The notes beneath the pieces were generated by a model that was not told the DNA's origin, made no database searches, and was given only the letters and a program-made list of their open reading frames with translations. The position numbers were made by a program, and so were the translations under genes. This document shows positions 37,401 through 50,407 of a stretch of DNA of 64,000 nt, one piece after another; position 1 is the first letter of the stretch, and each line of letters starts with the position of its first letter. Source of the stretch: Adineta vaga (taxonomy: Eukaryota; Animalia; Rotifera); NCBI GenBank assembly GCA_021613535.1, contig CP075492.1, positions 4,650,001-4,714,000 on the forward strand, read 5' to 3'.

Positions 37401-39165
37401 AAGAAGAAGAAGAAAAAATAATCATGTCTAGTGTTACTATTATATACATTGATCATCGACTTATTCTTATACTTTATTCATAGCTGGAAATCGAACAAGC
37501 ATTGATTGAAAGTGAACATGAATTAGTCTTCAAACAAATCTTAGATGCAAGTGATAGTGATCAACAAAAACTTCGACAATTACATATCAATTTACAATTA
37601 TTACTCGAACGAATAATGACAGAAAAGACTTCGGTAAATGACAAAAGAAAAAAGTCTTTGTTTGAAATTTCTCATTTTACTTTAGATTCGTAATCAAATA
37701 AGTTATACTCAACAAATTTTATTTAAACTCGAACATGAATTACGTGATTTAGAACAAAAATATCATTCATCGGATGAATCTATTCATCAGTAAATAGAAT
37801 TTTTCGAACGAAATTTTCGATAAAAATCTTTTCTTGTTCTTCTTCATTTCTTAGAAAAAAAGAAAATCTTGCATTAACAAGAAAGAAATATGAAGATTTA
37901 GAATTTCAATTAATGGAATTAGAAACACGTTGTGAATCTGAACTTGAACAAGCGGAAGAACAGTTTCGAAATGAACAAAAACTTGTTACACAAAATGCTA
38001 AAATGCGACAAGTAAAATCGTTTAAAACTCAATTCTTCAGACATCTTCTTCAATCATTTAGAATGCCTTACGAGAACTTGATCATCAACAATATATGGCC
38101 TTACATCAAACGACATTAGAGAAAGAAAAACTTGAACGAGAAAAGCAGAAATTGAAATTATTTTATAAACAAAAGAAAATTGAAGCTAATGAATACGAAC
38201 GAAAAATTCAAGGTGAAGAGATCTTTCTTCGACTAAAATCGTCTTGAAGTTCTTCTTTTAGAAATACGATCCAATGGAAATTGTTTGACACGTGCAATAT
38301 ATCAATCAACTCCTTTGAATCTCTACAATTCCGTTAATTATCGTAATGAACTTTCATCACCCAAGTAAATTTTCTTGATTCAAACAATATCAACTTCATT
38401 CTCTATCATTTAGTTTAAGAAAAACTGATGATCAACAAGATAAAATCAATGAAATGATGGTTCAAATCAAATTAGAAGAAATCACCAATCTTGAACAACA
38501 AGTAGATGAAATGTTTTATTCATTCTTTTCTTTATGCCTTTTTTCTCCCTCTAGTTACGTGAACGTTATAATGAAAATGTCAAACGATTAGAAATGGAAC
38601 AGAACTTCACGGATGATTTTCATGTCAAATTGCGTGAAAAAAATCGAGCTCAAGTAAGAAAAAAAAACTCGATTTTTTTTTCAACATCTGTTTGATGTTG
38701 ATTTTCATTTAGGAACGTCCTTTAACACGTTATTTACCAGTACGATCATCGGATTTTGATCTTCGTGCACATATTGAAGGTGCTGGTCATCTATTGAATT
38801 CATCTCATATATCATTGACATCAACAACATGTCGAGGATATCTTTATAAAATGGGTGGTATGAAATTTAAAACATGGAATCGTCGATGGTTTGTCTTTGA
38901 TCGTCAACATCGTTCATTATCATATTATCTCGATAAAAATCAAATTAAATTACGTGGTTCAATTGATTTTCAATCGATTCTTGAAGTTTATATTGATCAA
39001 TTACAATCCATTTCATTACGTTCACCTGAACCGCGTGAAGCAACATTTATTGTTAAAACAGTTCAGAGATCTTATTATTTAGTTGCTCCAACAGTTGAAT
39101 CAATGCGTATTTGGATCGATGTTATCATTACTGGTGCTGAAGGAAATACATTTGCTAATGTTTAA
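34498..39165 (+). CDS. PHLDB: PHLDB (LL5)-family protein: low-complexity N-terminus, coiled coil, C-terminal PH domain; multi-exon
   Basis: RPLTRYLPVRSSDFDLRAHIEGAGH...CRGYLYKMGG...WNRRWFVFDR...MRIWIDVIITGAEG. The 5' exon structure is less certain. Confidence 0.85.
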
Positions 39166-40186
39166 TTTTTTTTTGTTGAATCATTCCGTCTGTAGAAACT
39201 CTTTTGGCATTGATCAACTTTTTATTTCTTATAAATTATTCTTGTCACAAGGACAACAATTCTTTTCTTTCCGACAGATAACATTTGTTCGGAGATTGTT
39301 TTCATTTCGAATCAATTAAATAATCTAACTGAATTGATGATATGATATACAAATGTCAAAGATATTGTCTATTTTTGTTATGTTTAAACTTGACAGGTTG
39401 ACATTTTCCAATGAATCTTTATGATTAACAAAAACCAGATGATAAACAACAATAGTCAATCATTGGAGTTTGAAAAATTCTTACGGAAAAGCTTTTCATA
39501 GGAGGGTCAAATTCAGAACTCACATAATCCATTGGTAAGTGGTACCTGACGATTATGGAATTTGGTCTGTAAGATAGCACAGAAGGAGAACTAACATTTC
39601 TCGAGTTAATTCAAAACAACTAAATGTGCATTTCTATATTAAATTCACATGTTACATATCATTTTCCACTGATTCGCTGTTTTCAATACACATAATCTAG
39701 CAACTAATGCAGTATAACGTCTGTAATGACTTTATATCTTATCGGTTGTATTCAAAAAAGTGAGAAAATCTTTCTAATTGAAAAATTAATCTTACAAAAA
39801 GCTATTTCTTTTTCTTACATCGTGTCAGTGAGTTCATTTCTTTCAATTACAACAGATATCTCTTAATCTCGAAAATGTTCTTCATTACATGACCATTTCT
39901 CACAAAACATGACTTTCATCTGTAAATAGCATATTTTCTCTTCGCGAAAGAAGATGTAATTAGTTTTTTTCTTCTTCTTCTTCTTCATAGTTAAATGTTC
40001 TTATAGCAAACTAGTATTACCAGTGAATAAATACGAAATAAATCTTCATTTTTTTCTCTCTTCTAAATCGAGTCTGACAAAGTTATATTCAGAATCCACA
40101 CTTTACATTGATAGAATATCGTATGTGTAACATGTGATGAAATGACTTCGTTGTTCAGAAGATTTCCTTTCGATTTACTTCTTTAG

Positions 40187-41134
40187 ATGGGATTAAATGC
40201 AACAAAATCATCGTCAACAAACATTGATTATTTTCTACGTTTATCTTCAACGAATAATTTCTATCGAGGACGTTCGTCAATTCATGGTGAATTTTGTTTA
40301 AAAACTCGACGAAAATTTCGTATAGAAAAAAAGATTCATATCGATCTCATTGGTCAATTAATCCAACATCATCGTTGTGCACAAATCGATGAAAATGAAA
40401 TCTTTTTTACATATTCATATCCATTAGTCACATCACATGAAAATGGTATTGCAAGAATTATTCGACAACAACAACAAATAACTTATCCATTTCGTATTCC
40501 ACTCGGTATTCATCTTCCACCGTCATGTAATTTCAAAGAATTTTCGATTATATATTATTTGAATATCTATCATGATGAACACTTATTACCAAATATTCGA
40601 AAGAGAATCATTCTAGCACCACCAGTACCTCATGTTAATATTCCATTTCCATGTCAAATAACAGGTAGATGAAATATTTCACATGTTTTTGTGTCTAGAA
40701 ATTTTCAAGATTCTATAAATTTAGATTGTCATAATATAAGCATAACTTGTCAATTACAAAAATCGTTTTATTCTGGTCGTAATGGTTCGATTGTTCCCTT
40801 ATTGATTACAATAAGAAATGTTCAACAACATCATATTCAATCATTAACAATACAATTGATTCAAACTGTTTTATTAAATAGAATCAAATATGAACATGAA
40901 ATTTTTACAACAATATTCAATGAAATCGATATAAATTTACAAGAAAATCAAATTAAAACAATACTAGAATTCAATTTACCATCGAATCTTTCACCCACTC
41001 ATATTCCTAATGTAAATTGTCAACCCGATAATGTGCCATGTCTTGCTATAACATACGAATTTCGTATAACAAAGAAAATGAGCGATATAAATAATTTTGA
41101 TCAATCTTTATCTGTACCAATTGGTATAGATTAA
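40187..41134 (+). CDS. Arrestin-domain (alpha-arrestin-like) protein, 2 exons
   Basis: YPFRIPLGIHLPPS...IIYYL (arrestin N) and LPSNLSPT...ITYEF...VPIGI (arrestin C). Confidence 0.7.
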
Positions 41135-41162
41135 ATTTCGAAATGTCATTTTGTTTTCGTTA

Positions 41163-43205
41163 TTAAATCGCATTTTTATTACTAAATGTTGTTGGTTTGA
41201 TTAACACACGATGAGAATTTCGTTTGCTTGTAGCAGTTGAAGATACAGATGCAGTTGTATTTAATTGTCGTACCACTGATTTTACATAGTTTTTACGAAT
41301 CGATGGTGTTAATTCTAATTCAAACAGATCAATTTCAGTCTTGTTACAAATATACGTACCTGATCTAGTCGTATCCATTTCATTGAATGTAATAGGTGAT
41401 GACTAAAATAAAATATTTTGCTAATAGTTTTTGTTTGTAAAATAGAATCTATACTTTTAAACGTGAATTATGCATGGTGGATGTTATACGTCGAGGTATT
41501 TGTGAAATAAATTTCGGTGGTTTCTTCTTTGGAGCAATTTCCGGAGTAGGATTTGATGATGATTGAGTCAAATAAGAACTGAAATATGAAGATTTTTCTA
41601 AAAAGATTCGAAAATTGATTTACCTTTCCGAAGAAGACGAATTTTGAATATGGTCTTTTCCATGGATTGATTCGAATTGTTCTGCAGTTGTTTGTTCTCG
41701 TGTAATAATCAATGGTTCATCGTCAGTAAAGGAATTTCGATCGTTTGCACGTTGATAAAGTGTTTCAATTGTATAAATTGTTTCTTCTTCTTGAATATTA
41801 TTCTTTATTTGATCTGTTTTATTGATTGAATCAAATTTAGTTAATAAAAATGATGGATCTGATTTGTACGAATTGGAATATTCCGTTGCTTTCTCAATCG
41901 TATTACTCAAATCATTGAATTTCTTGATAATACTTGAAATTGATTCGGATTTTTCTTCTGGAGATTCATAATATGAAAATGTATTCAATGCAATTGGTTT
42001 GACAAGTTTTGGTTTGGAAAAGGCAATCGGAGATGGTACTTTACTTTTTTCAATCGTCTTTCTTGCTTTTGCCGGAGGTGAATCTTGGGAAAGTGTCGAT
42101 GGTGGCAAACAAAATGTAACATTAACTGATTTTTTTGTTTCATTATTCGACAGATTACTGATATCACGTGCAACTTTACTTGCATATTTGGAAATTGATG
42201 AATGATTTGAATTGCAATAAGTTTCTTCGAGATATTCTTTCGCTTGTTGAAGAGCTTCAATTGTTGATCGATACTCTGTATTTAAACGTTCTACACGTTG
42301 TTTCCATGTTGATGTCGAATATGGTGATGGAAGGATTAATTGAGTAACAGGTTGAATAGATGGAGTTGGAACGAGAAAAGATGATTCCGTTGGATGATCA
42401 ACACATTTAGGATTTTCATATAATAAGTTAGAAAAACGATATGGAGAGAGATTCTCATTAGGATATCGAGGTGGATAAATACGTGTTGAATTCGATTGAA
42501 ATGTTGGTAATGATGTTCGAAGATGTGAACCTAGAAATGAAAAAGATAATAATAAATGAGAGACTATGATTGAATTGTTCCTACCGCGTTTATAAAATGA
42601 TGTAGCATAGGTTTGATTAGATTTGTTTAATAGATTTTGAAAATATTGTTTGGGAAATAATAAAGATGATTTCATACATTGTCGATATTTTTGTTGAAAG
42701 TAATTTAAAGGTAAATTTTCATCATCTTGATTGTTATGTGCAACACGATAGACTATCATATCTCTTGGATTACTCTTATCAACTTTCATGCTTTTTGTTA
42801 TCGATATATTCGTTGTACGAGCTATTGGACTTAAGAAAAATTCTTGATTGGAAGTATCTTCATTAATTAACATACGAGGACGAGGCGGAGGAGGAGAAGA
42901 ATCATTTGTGATCATTGATTGACAAATTGCTGGTGATGACGATAATTGCTCGTTATCACGATGACGTTTATGATCAAAGACACGAAAGAATGTTCGTGCT
43001 TTTTCTACCGTACTTGAATTTGAAGACGTATGAGACGATTTTTTAAACGATTCTATGAGGAAAAGAATGAACAATCTTCATGACAAATTTCTCTTTGATA
43101 AAACTTACTGAATTTTAATTTCAACCGATTATCTGTTTTGGAAAGTTGTTTATCTTGTTTGATCATGACGTATTTTTGTTCTTCAATCACGTTGCGTTCA
43201 TTCAT
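41163..43205 (-). CDS. Uncharacterised S/P/T-rich, probably disordered protein, multi-exon
   Basis: Long ORF 41620..43074 plus flanking exons with GT-AG junctions; no recognised domain. Confidence 0.6.
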
Positions 43206-44660
43206 TTCGATGCGTTAGTCTTACAGTTTATTCATTGAATATGAACACAACATACCTGTTCAGTCATCAATCGATGAGAAATAAATGGTTGAATGAATAT
43301 AAAAATGTTTTAATAATGTATCGATGAGAAAGAGAGAGAACATGCATGAAACAGTGAATGATGACGAGAGAGTGAGAGTGAGAAAGAGAGAGAGAGACAA
43401 GTTATCCGATCAACAATAACACTAGACTTGTGCAATCATTTTCATCAATAGGTGTCTTTACAAATAAGAACGAGTGAAAATTGAATGTGTGAATATATAT
43501 ATATACAAGAACATCGTTCCCATCAATGTCAAAAAAAGGAGCAAAAATTTAAGTGTGCAATTATATGCGACACTTTTATCGATAAGTGAATTAAATGAAA
43601 TCTTCAATTGAAGAACGAATAAAGCAAACGTTTTTGAAGGAACTAAACCGTAATAAATAAATCAGTCTCTTAAGATGCATATATACATATACTACTTATC
43701 TTTCTCATTTGTTTGATTTACACTGTGACATGAAGAAAAAAAACTACGTGGGAGGAGATATTCATCATTCGTAAGTGATGTATATCACCCTTGTCGTGAA
43801 CATAAGTGTAGATGAACGCAGACACCCACCCCTCATTGATCGATATTTATCTACTCATTTTGTTGACATCGTTTGATTATTATCAATCTATTGTATTGAT
43901 CGAGAAAAATGAGAGAATGAATGAATGTATGAATACGTGTATGTGTGTGTGTGTGTGTGCGATTCAATCGTGTTTCTACAAGTTTCGATTTCTAATCGAA
44001 GATAAAATTACAACATTTATTTATTTTGTAAAATAAACGGATGCATTTTTGAATTTATGTTTTTTTATTTACACAAAAGTAAAGCATTAAGACATAAGGT
44101 AACAGTCTTTACTGATATCATGAAATATATACCAATATATGTTTAGAATATGTTTTAACTTTACGATAAAATGTATATATTTTGATTGAATTTTTGCATA
44201 AGTAATCCTATCAATATGATATGCTTAAAAGTCGTCTAGAACGTGTGTCATTATGATATGCACTCGATGTAATACACGTGTCAGAAGAGATTTATTTGAT
44301 AAACAACAGATAAAAGTACGTATTTATATGCGATAGATGATTCTTTGAAATGAAACGAAATGAAATATCCATACGAATGATTACAACTACTTTACGAAAT
44401 ATATCATATCTATTTATCATAACCAAAGAATACAACGAGATAAGAGATTATTCTTTTCTCTTTTCACAATCTGTTCTATATTATTGATCTCTTGAAATAT
44501 TAATTTATGATCGAATCGGTTCGATGATCATGTTATATCTTATAAAAATAGAGATATTGACATAAACTCATTAATCTACTTTATATTTAACTTATTTAGT
44601 AGAAAAACACGATTCACAGACATAAATATTCAGGTATATTTTTTCCTCGATGAAAAAATA

Positions 44661-44760
44661 TGCATTGTCATTATTCTTGTTTTTCTTCCTATCCACATAG
44701 CAAACGATGATGAAGCAAAAAAATGACACGTGTAATGCGTTCTCTATCTTTATATATATA
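44661..44760 (+). promoter_or_regulatory. GST1 promoter: paired ARE-like sites plus TATA
   Basis: TGCATTGTCAT (reverse TGACAATGC) at 44661, TGATGAAGC at 44708, TATA near 44751. Confidence 0.5.
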
Positions 44761-44836
44761 TCACGACATACACGTTACTTGTTTTCATTCTAATTTTCTC
44801 TCTTCATCGAATCATTCTACATTTAAACAATCTTCA

Positions 44837-45454
44837 ATGGTTTCATATAAACTTTATTATTTTAACGGACGTGGTCGCGCTGAAACTGCTCGTTTAGTTT
44901 TTGCTGCTGCTGGTCAAAAATACGAAGATGTTCGTTTTGAACAAGAACAATGGCCTGCACATAAATCTGAAATGCCTCTTGGTCAAGTACCCGTTCTTGA
45001 ATTTGATGGTGTCAAACTACCACAATCAACAGCCATTGCACGTTTTCTTGCTAAACAATTTCAATTAGCTGGTAAAGATAACTTTGAACAAGCAAAAGTT
45101 GATGCTGTTGTTGATACAATCAATGATTTAGTCAATAAATACACTCCAGTTCGTTGGGAAAAAGATGAAGCAAAGAAAAAAGAATTAACAACGAAATTCT
45201 TCGCAGAAGAATTACCAAAACATTTGCAAAACCTTGAAACTTTAGGTAAATTATATGGAAATGGTGGTCATTTCTTTGTTGGTAACAGTTTAACATGGGC
45301 AGATTTATTATTCTATGACATATCTCAAACTACAATTGAAACAGAAGCAACTTCTTTAGATAAATTCGCATGGTTAAAACAAAATCGTGCTGAAGTTGAA
45401 AAACAACCTAAAATCGCTGAATATCTCAAAAATCGACCAAAAACACCATTCTAA
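44837..45454 (+). CDS. Glutathione S-transferase, sigma class, intronless
   Basis: [33 protein letters not shown] and LTWADL. Confidence 0.95.
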   Translation: MVSYKLYYFNGRGRAETARLVFAAAGQKYEDVRFEQEQWPAHKSEMPLGQVPVLEFDGVKLPQSTAIARFLAKQFQLAGKDNFEQAKVDAVVDTINDLVNKYTPVRWEKDEAKKKELTTKFFAEELPKHLQNLETLGKLYGNGGHFFVGNSLTWADLLFYDISQTTIETEATSLDKFAWLKQNRAEVEKQPKIAEYLKNRPKTPF

Positions 45455-45764
45455 ACGAACAAAATTATGACGAATACATATTCATAGACTAATTTTGTGA
45501 TTTTTAACAAACTTTTAAAGATATTTGTATTATTGAAATAAAGTTTCAACAAACTATTTTTTCCTTCTCTGAATATTTAACGATATTATCTCATTCAATA
45601 AATCGATAGAAAAGATCTCTTATTGCATCAAATTCAAACAATTAACGAGATAAACGCTCGTTTCAGATCTCATTTATTTTAATAATATTTTAATTATATC
45701 TCAAACTTCACTTCACATGGTTTGTTCTAAAAATATATCTTCACGAAGAACAAACAAAAAAAAA

Positions 45765-45880
45765 TGCGTTGTCATCATGCTGTTGCTTTTTCTTTCCAGG
45801 CATTTGTGAAGCGATGACGAAGCATCAGAAAAGAAATAGTTCACATGTCACACCCCTTCAGTTTCTTTTATATATAAATA
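45765..45880 (+). promoter_or_regulatory. GST2 promoter: paired AREs plus TATA
   Basis: TGCGTTGTCAT (reverse TGACAACGC) at 45765, TGACGAAGC at 45815, TATATAAA near 45871. Confidence 0.55.
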
Positions 45881-45949
45881 CCGCTGCATATACATTATAT
45901 ATCTTCACTTATTCTTTACGTAGAAAATACTTCGTTGAAAATAAAATCA

Positions 45950-46567
45950 ATGCCATCGTACAAACTTCATTATTTCAATGGTCGTGGTCTGGCTGAAGCT
46001 TCTCGTTTAATCTTCGCTGCTGCTGGTGAAAAATTTGAAGATATTCGACATGAACGTGATCAATGGCCAGCACACAAAGATGAAATGCCTCTTGGTCAAA
46101 TGCCCGTTCTTGAAGTTGATGGTGTCAAACTACCACAATCAACAGCAATTGCTCGTTTTCTAGCTAAACAATTTCATTTAGCTGGTAAAGATAATTTTGA
46201 ACAAGCAAAAGTTGATGCTGTTGTTGATACAATTTATGATGCATTTAAAGGATATATACCGAGCCGTTTCGAACAAGATGAAGCAAAGAAAAAAGAATTA
46301 ACAAAGAAATTCTTCGCAGAAGAATTACCGAAACATTTTCAAAATCTTGAAGTTTTAGGTAAATTATATGGAAATGGTGGTCATTTCTTTGTTGGTAACA
46401 GTTTAACGTGGGCAGATTTACTTTTCTACAATTTTACTCAGACATTTCTTCAAGAAGATAAAACTTGTTTGGATAAATATCCGTGGTTAAAACAAAATCG
46501 TGCTGAAGTTGAAAAACAACCTAAAATCGCTGAATATCTCAAAAATCGACCTGAAACAGAATTTTAA
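45950..46567 (+). CDS. Glutathione S-transferase, sigma class, intronless (tandem paralog)
   Basis: [23 protein letters not shown] and [10 protein letters not shown]. Confidence 0.95.
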   Translation: MPSYKLHYFNGRGLAEASRLIFAAAGEKFEDIRHERDQWPAHKDEMPLGQMPVLEVDGVKLPQSTAIARFLAKQFHLAGKDNFEQAKVDAVVDTIYDAFKGYIPSRFEQDEAKKKELTKKFFAEELPKHFQNLEVLGKLYGNGGHFFVGNSLTWADLLFYNFTQTFLQEDKTCLDKYPWLKQNRAEVEKQPKIAEYLKNRPETEF

Positions 46568-47087
46568 ATGATGAAAATACAAACGATATCTATATGCTTA
46601 TTGATCTTTTTTGTTGTCTGTCATGCTTTACACATAGTATCAGCTTTGATTTCTAAATAAAACCGTCATAAATCATCTCTTTCTATATATATGCTCATTT
46701 AGTTTTCCATCTCATATATGTGAAAAAAGAAGTACTCTTTGACTGAAGATTCTTTCTCGATATATTTACATATTTTTCGTTTCTTTTACTGCATAGATAT
46801 GCATTTCAGCAGTATCCAGATATTCAAATTAATTATCGTATCTCCGTTAAATATCTGAGCATTTTCTATTTTGACAAAATCATCTCTTTCTGTTCATTGA
46901 GAAAATTATTAAAATGCACTGTCACCATACCCTTTTCTCGTTCTAAACTACTATATCATAATGACGGTCCAAAGAAATACACATGGTGCAAGTGTTTTTA
47001 TTTGTATACGTATACAGCGTTGATTCTTATTTTCTCTTTCGAAAAAAAAATCAAACTAAAACTTACGAAACAAAACGAGTAACAATG

Positions 47088-47535
47088 ATGCCATAATAGG
47101 AATTCTATTATTTCAATATTCGAAGTTTTGATGAACTCTCACGTTTAGTCATTGCTACTGCTGATAAAAACTTTGAAGACATCCTTTATAAACATAATTA
47201 ATGACCAGATGCTGTTGTTGATACAATCAAGGATTTAGTCACCAAATACGTTCCAGTTCGTTGGGAAAAAGATGAAGCAAAAAAGCAAGAATCATCAAAA
47301 TATTTATAAAACCTTGAAGTTTTACGTCAACTATATAGAAATCGTGACCATTTCTTTGTTAGTAATAGTTTAACATGGACAGATTTACTTTTCTACAATT
47401 TTGTTCAAACAATTCTCAAAGAAGATAAAAATCGTTTGGATAAATTTCCGTGGCTAAAATGAAATCGTGCTGGAGCTGAAAAAACAACCGAAAATTGCTG
47501 AATATACCAAGGATCGACCTCAATCACAACTGTAA
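47088..47535 (+). pseudogene. GST sigma pseudogene
   Basis: MP**EFYYFNIRSFDELSRL...DAVVDTIKDL...LTWTDL, with stops, deletions and a frameshift. Confidence 0.85.
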
Positions 47536-47938
47536 ACAATTGAAACGAAGTGAATCAATAGTTATATATCATTTTCGTTTGGTATAGTCTCTCTATGTTG
47601 TTATGTATTAGTTCAATAAACATTAGAAAAAAACTCGACTTATATCTCAAAAACTGATTTACTGACGAAATTATCATGCCATTCTTGTAATCAACCTTGT
47701 AGAGAACAGATACATACGTCATTGATATCTCTCTTCTAGAATAAGAAGATATTTAATACTATAATACATGTTCTTTTTGTTCTATTTATCCGATAATGTT
47801 AATAAGTAGCTCAAATGTTCTTGTACTGATAACATGTAATCAGATCCACTGGAATTAATTTCATGTTATATGGACAAGATGTATATTGTTCAATTGTAAT
47901 CAAATGAAAAGACAACTTCTCACATTCGATATCAATCT

Positions 47939-47953
47939 AGAACTTTCTAGAAC
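47939..47953. promoter_or_regulatory. Heat-shock element (3 perfect inverted nGAAn units)
   Basis: AGAAC-TTTCT-AGAAC about 60 bp upstream of TATATAA near 48014. Confidence 0.6.
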
Positions 47954-48054
47954 AGTACATAACAGAGAATGAAGAAAGAGAAAGAAGCCAGATGACGTCG
48001 ATCATTCGATGCATATATAAGAGCGTGAGAAGAATGTATATCTATTGAATATTC

Positions 48055-48540
48055 ATGGCGATTTTAATACAAATAACTTGCTTCTTATTCTTGCTTGGAA
48101 CAGCACACAGTTGGTTCTTTCCATCGAACTTTCCCGATGATTCATTTGATAATAATTCAACTATGTTATCAGTCTTGAATGAAATGAACAAAATGATGGC
48201 TGCAATGCATGAACGTTTTCAATATCTTATGAATTCATCACCATTTCCTTCGGATGAGACTGATGATAGAAAACAATTGGATGCGATTGAACCAATTTGC
48301 AATACAACTATCAATTCATCAGCATCTCGACGAAAGAAATTCCGTGAAACAAAAACAACAACATGTATCAAGGAATTAATACTTAATGGGAAGAAACAAA
48401 TCTACACAGCAACGAATATAACCGACGAAAATGGTATTTTGATCACTCAAAGTAAAGTTTATCAAACCATCTCCATCAATACATTGAACAACACTCTTCC
48501 AATCGATATGAACGATACTAAAGATGTCATCACATATTAA
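48055..48540 (+). CDS. Uncharacterised secreted protein (161 aa), intronless
   Basis: Signal peptide MAILIQITCFLFLLGTAHS, Met-rich helix and T-rich beta region; TATA upstream and AATAAA downstream. Confidence 0.75.
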   Translation: MAILIQITCFLFLLGTAHSWFFPSNFPDDSFDNNSTMLSVLNEMNKMMAAMHERFQYLMNSSPFPSDETDDRKQLDAIEPICNTTINSSASRRKKFRETKTTTCIKELILNGKKQIYTATNITDENGILITQSKVYQTISINTLNNTLPIDMNDTKDVITY

Positions 48541-48708
48541 ATAAAATGTTTGTATTATTATATTTGTCATTTGATTTGAAAAAACACATCCACACACACA
48601 TATTTAGCACGAAAACATGAAAAATAGCAAAATAATGAGATCATGAAAAACAAAATACTACGGAATGAAAATGAATGGAAAACCAAAAGGTTTCTTGTTG
48701 TTCGAATT

Positions 48709-50347
48709 TCACATTTCTTCGTGTAATGCCTTTTCCGTATCTAATAATTGCATATCAGTAAAAACATCGGCATGTTTTTGAATTTCATCTAATGACAGGA
48801 AATTATCTGAAGGTAGATCATCAACTTTTGCAAATAATTTTTTGATTTGATTGTTTATATGAACACGATTTAATGGATTATATGCATTCTAAATATCACA
48901 AAAGAAAAGAAAATTTTTCATTTCATTAGAAATCTTCTTACTAATAATTCATCTTTTGTAAGAATTCCATCATGATTTTCATCCATTTCACGAAATTCTC
49001 GTTGTTGTTCGGCTAACCAACGTTTATCCATTTCAACCCATTCTTTATTTCCACCATCTTCTAATACACTTGCTAAAAATACATTTCTTTGTAAAGATTT
49101 TTACAAATCAGTTCGTTTTGACTTACATGGTAAAAATGCAAATTCAGTTTCATTCAATTGTTTATCATCATTACGATCTATTCATAATGAAAGACATGCA
49201 TTCATCTATGAAGAATAAAGGAATACAAACCCATTTGTAAAATAAGATCATCAACAACATGTTTATAGGAATGACCAGCTATTTCCGGATGACGAAAAGC
49301 TAGAAATTCATCAAGATTAAGTTCATTATCAGCACCAGCATCGGCTTCTGACCATCGAAAACGTATATTCACTAATTCACGTTGAACTAAATAATCAATT
49401 GAATCAATTAAAAAAGATTTTCATTCAATACACAACGATAATTACAATTATTATCAAATGGTCCTTGAGCAAAATCAAATGTATCATTTTCTTTAATACC
49501 AGTAACATTCACATTATGAAATTTTACATATAAAGCAAAATATTCATGCCATGTTACTTTACCTAAATAAACAAAATTTCGTAGCAATAAGAAATGATAT
49601 TTTTTTAAAAATATTCGTCATTCTCAATTGATATATTAATTCTAAACGAACTGTACAATCTTCATTTCTGTTCTAAAGCATAAATATCAATGTATTTACC
49701 ATCTTGATTTGAATCGATTAATAAAAATAATTGTGAATTTCTTTCTTTTGCTTCTCGTAAATGTTGATGAATGTTTTTCAATACATAATTTAATAATTCT
49801 TCTTTTGATAAACGTTGATCATGATCAGCATCAGCTCTAAATATATTCGATTATTTCAAAAGAAATGACAGGAATTTTTCTTACTCATTGAAAATTTCTT
49901 CCAATTTTTTATTTCGTTTTTCTTCATCATGTTGAATATCTGCTTCGAATAGTTCATGATTACCCAAAAAGATTTCTTTATGAAAATCCGGATTAATCTT
50001 TCCATCTCGTTCTAACGGTAATGCTTCAATATGTTTGTCATCTTTTAAACTATGAATTCCAAATTCTTTTAAATCTTGTGCGATTTTACTAATATTAAAT
50101 TTTCTTGGTTTTTCAAATTTTGGAATTTTCTGCGATATCTGTAATGCTACTGGTAATTTATCAATATGATATTCGGACAACATAGCACGTATACCAGCAT
50201 TGGTTGTACTGTTTTCAAATGCATTTTTCTAAATAATAAAAACGAATAGGAAAGTTTTTGCAAAGATATTTTACATACATTTTGTTCAATTGGCAATGAA
50301 TTTATGATGGAAAATAAATATGAAAGATTTATCAATAAAATTCTCAT
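48709..50347 (-). CDS. SDF4: Cab45/SDF4-like CREC-family EF-hand Ca-binding protein, multi-exon
   Basis: Signal peptide; HIEALPLERDGKINPDFHKEIFLG; several DxDxDG EF-hand loops; C-terminus LHEEM. Confidence 0.8.
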
Positions 50348-50407
50348 TTTATCTAGAAAAAAAAGAATCGAAATCAAAAGATTATTTATTGAAAATATTA
50401 AATGCTA

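Noticed and set aside
3181-43960. Short (CT)n, (TA)n, (AG)n and (TG)n runs
   Set aside because: Ordinary microsatellites under about 30 bp with no higher-order structure.
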